The notes below the pieces were generated by a model. It saw nothing but the letters and a program-made list of their open reading frames with translations, was not told the origin of the DNA and made no database searches. From contig CAXXIN010000007.1 in NCBI GenBank assembly GCA_963665275.2, positions 693,141 through 757,140 of the forward strand: a stretch of DNA of 64,000 nt, in the 5' to 3' direction. Shown here piece by piece: positions 63,599 through 64,000 of the stretch. The position numbers and the translations under genes are program-made. This DNA comes from Negativicutes bacterium (GTDB lineage Bacteria; Bacillota; Negativicutes; UBA1444). How positions within the stretch are numbered: position 1 is the first letter of the stretch; the number at the start of each line of letters is the position of its first letter.

Positions 63599-64000
63599 GC
63601 CTGCGGGTTTCCCTCCATTTCTGATGCCATAGCAGCACACATGAAATCAACAGTCTGCGACAGAAGTTGTTGCAGACGTTCCTGCTCTCCACTCAGATAC
63701 AAATATCCCAGCAACGCCTCCAACGCAGTGCTGGATCGGTATTGCGCAATGGATGCATTGCGCGGAACCCGACCTCTGGCATTACGCCCACGGCGCACCA
63801 CGGCCTGTTCATTTTCGCCAAGCCCCCGTGACTCCAGTTCGAACAAAGCACGGGCCTGCATCGGCGCAGAGGCCATCCGCGCTAACATTGTATGCAACAC
63901 CTGGACCTTGTTCGATTCAACTGACAACATTGCCGTTCTGAGATGCAGCGAGAATACCGCATCGCCAATGTACGCCAATATCAACGCCGGCAATTGGCCC
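63595..64000 (-). CDS. mrnC: mini-ribonuclease III (5' end probably outside the window)
   Basis: [29 protein letters not shown]. Confidence 0.9.
   Translation of the reverse strand, partial: GQLPALILAYIGDAVFSLHLRTAMLSVESNKVQVLHTMLARMASAPMQARALFELESRGLGENEQAVVRRGRNARGRVPRNASIAQYRSSTALEALLGYLYLSGEQERLQQLLSQTVDFMCAAMASEMEGNPQA

Overview
Core chromosomal region of a Firmicutes bacterium. Gene order and protein features fit Negativicutes (Sporomusaceae/Selenomonadales-like); this is an inference. Almost all genes are on the minus strand. Reading along transcription from right to left: mini-RNase III (partial), thyX, rlmB, sigH, an orphan BrxF-like P-loop gene, pfkA, peroxiredoxin, phosphate acyltransferase, NUDIX hydrolase, uppP, five tRNAs, tuf (frameshifted copy), rpmG, tRNA-Trp, secE-nusG-rplKAJL, rpoBC, the str/S10/spc/alpha superoperon, ecfAA'T-truA, rplM-rpsI, a secreted hypothetical protein, a monofunctional transglycosylase (+ strand), AmmeMemoRadiSam B/A genes, the arg operon, an MFS-larA-ilvE cluster and cdaA-cdaR-oxidoreductase. 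No mobile element, prophage or CRISPR array was seen. Notable points: a heavily decayed argC pseudogene, missing from the ORF track, heads an otherwise largely intact arg operon. RpoC has about 250 extra residues made of four additional BBM2-like modules plus a short Gly/Ser insert in the trigger loop. A solitary BrxF-like gene with a SigH-like promoter follows sigH. RlmB has a pentapeptide-repeat N-terminal extension. Single-base frameshifts in argH and one tuf copy are probably sequence errors. All calls come from reading the sequence by eye; no searches were run.
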